A stretch of 62,375 nt of DNA, counting the filler, from Chiloscyllium plagiosum (lineage: Eukaryota), in assembly GCF_004010195.1 (NCBI RefSeq). It is 4 parts of one record of this genome, joined end to end, with 100 filler letters (N's around TTAATTAATTAA, not from the genome) between each part and the next. Parts side by side here need not be neighbours in the genome. Positions count along the whole stretch, not along the records: positions 58,283 to 62,375 come from NC_057717.1; 3 more parts are not named here. One strand, given 5' to 3'. The notes below the pieces were generated by a model. It searched no databases and was not told the origin of the DNA. It was given only the letters and a program-made list of their open reading frames with translations. The position numbers and the translations under genes were made by a program. Below are positions 62,198 to 62,375 of this stretch, in pieces. The first letter of the stretch is position 1. Every line of letters begins with the position of its first letter.

Positions 62198-62375
62198 GTG
62201 TTGGAGATAAACTCAGCAGTTCTGGCAGCATTGGAACAGAGAGAAACAAAATTAACTATTTTGAGTCCAATATGACTTGCTCAGAACAGGTTCATATCAG
62301 CCTCAATATGATAACATTGTTTCTCTCTCCATATCCTGCCTTATCTGTTGCACGTCTCTACCATTTTGTGCTTGT
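62198..62375. mobile_element. Fold-back Penelope-terminus-derived short element
   Basis: Its reverse complement aligns along its length with 47070-47250. Confidence 0.6.

Overview
Eukaryotic, repeat-saturated DNA. The SINE, CR1, L2, L1, Penelope and Gypsy sequences look like those of a shark (inferred from recalled repeat families, not a database hit). I find no intact protein-coding gene, rRNA, tRNA or CRISPR array. Most ORF-track entries are frameshifted retroelement fragments, their antisense frames, or ORFs spanning N gaps. Main structure: a ~15 kb block (2635-17634) recurs in direct orientation at ~19401-29945; bases 1-2134 are an inverted copy of ~30481-32627; and a much older partial paralog lies at ~53900-55851. 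Points of interest: Penelope-derived mini-elements with hammerhead-ribozyme cores (one is a 292-bp insertion with a 14-bp TSD and an empty paralogous site), a Gypsy element with integrase upstream of RT (Gmr1-like), a 44-bp inverted repeat best explained as a templated insertion into a SINE, a sharp identity step between the duplicate copies, and a gap-free 129-bp segment shared with the old paralog. The assembly is a draft with many N gaps and three artificial TTAATTAATTAA linkers, so long-range order and orientation are uncertain. Element boundaries without a quoted TSD are approximate. I cannot support a claim of a wholly new biological system here.
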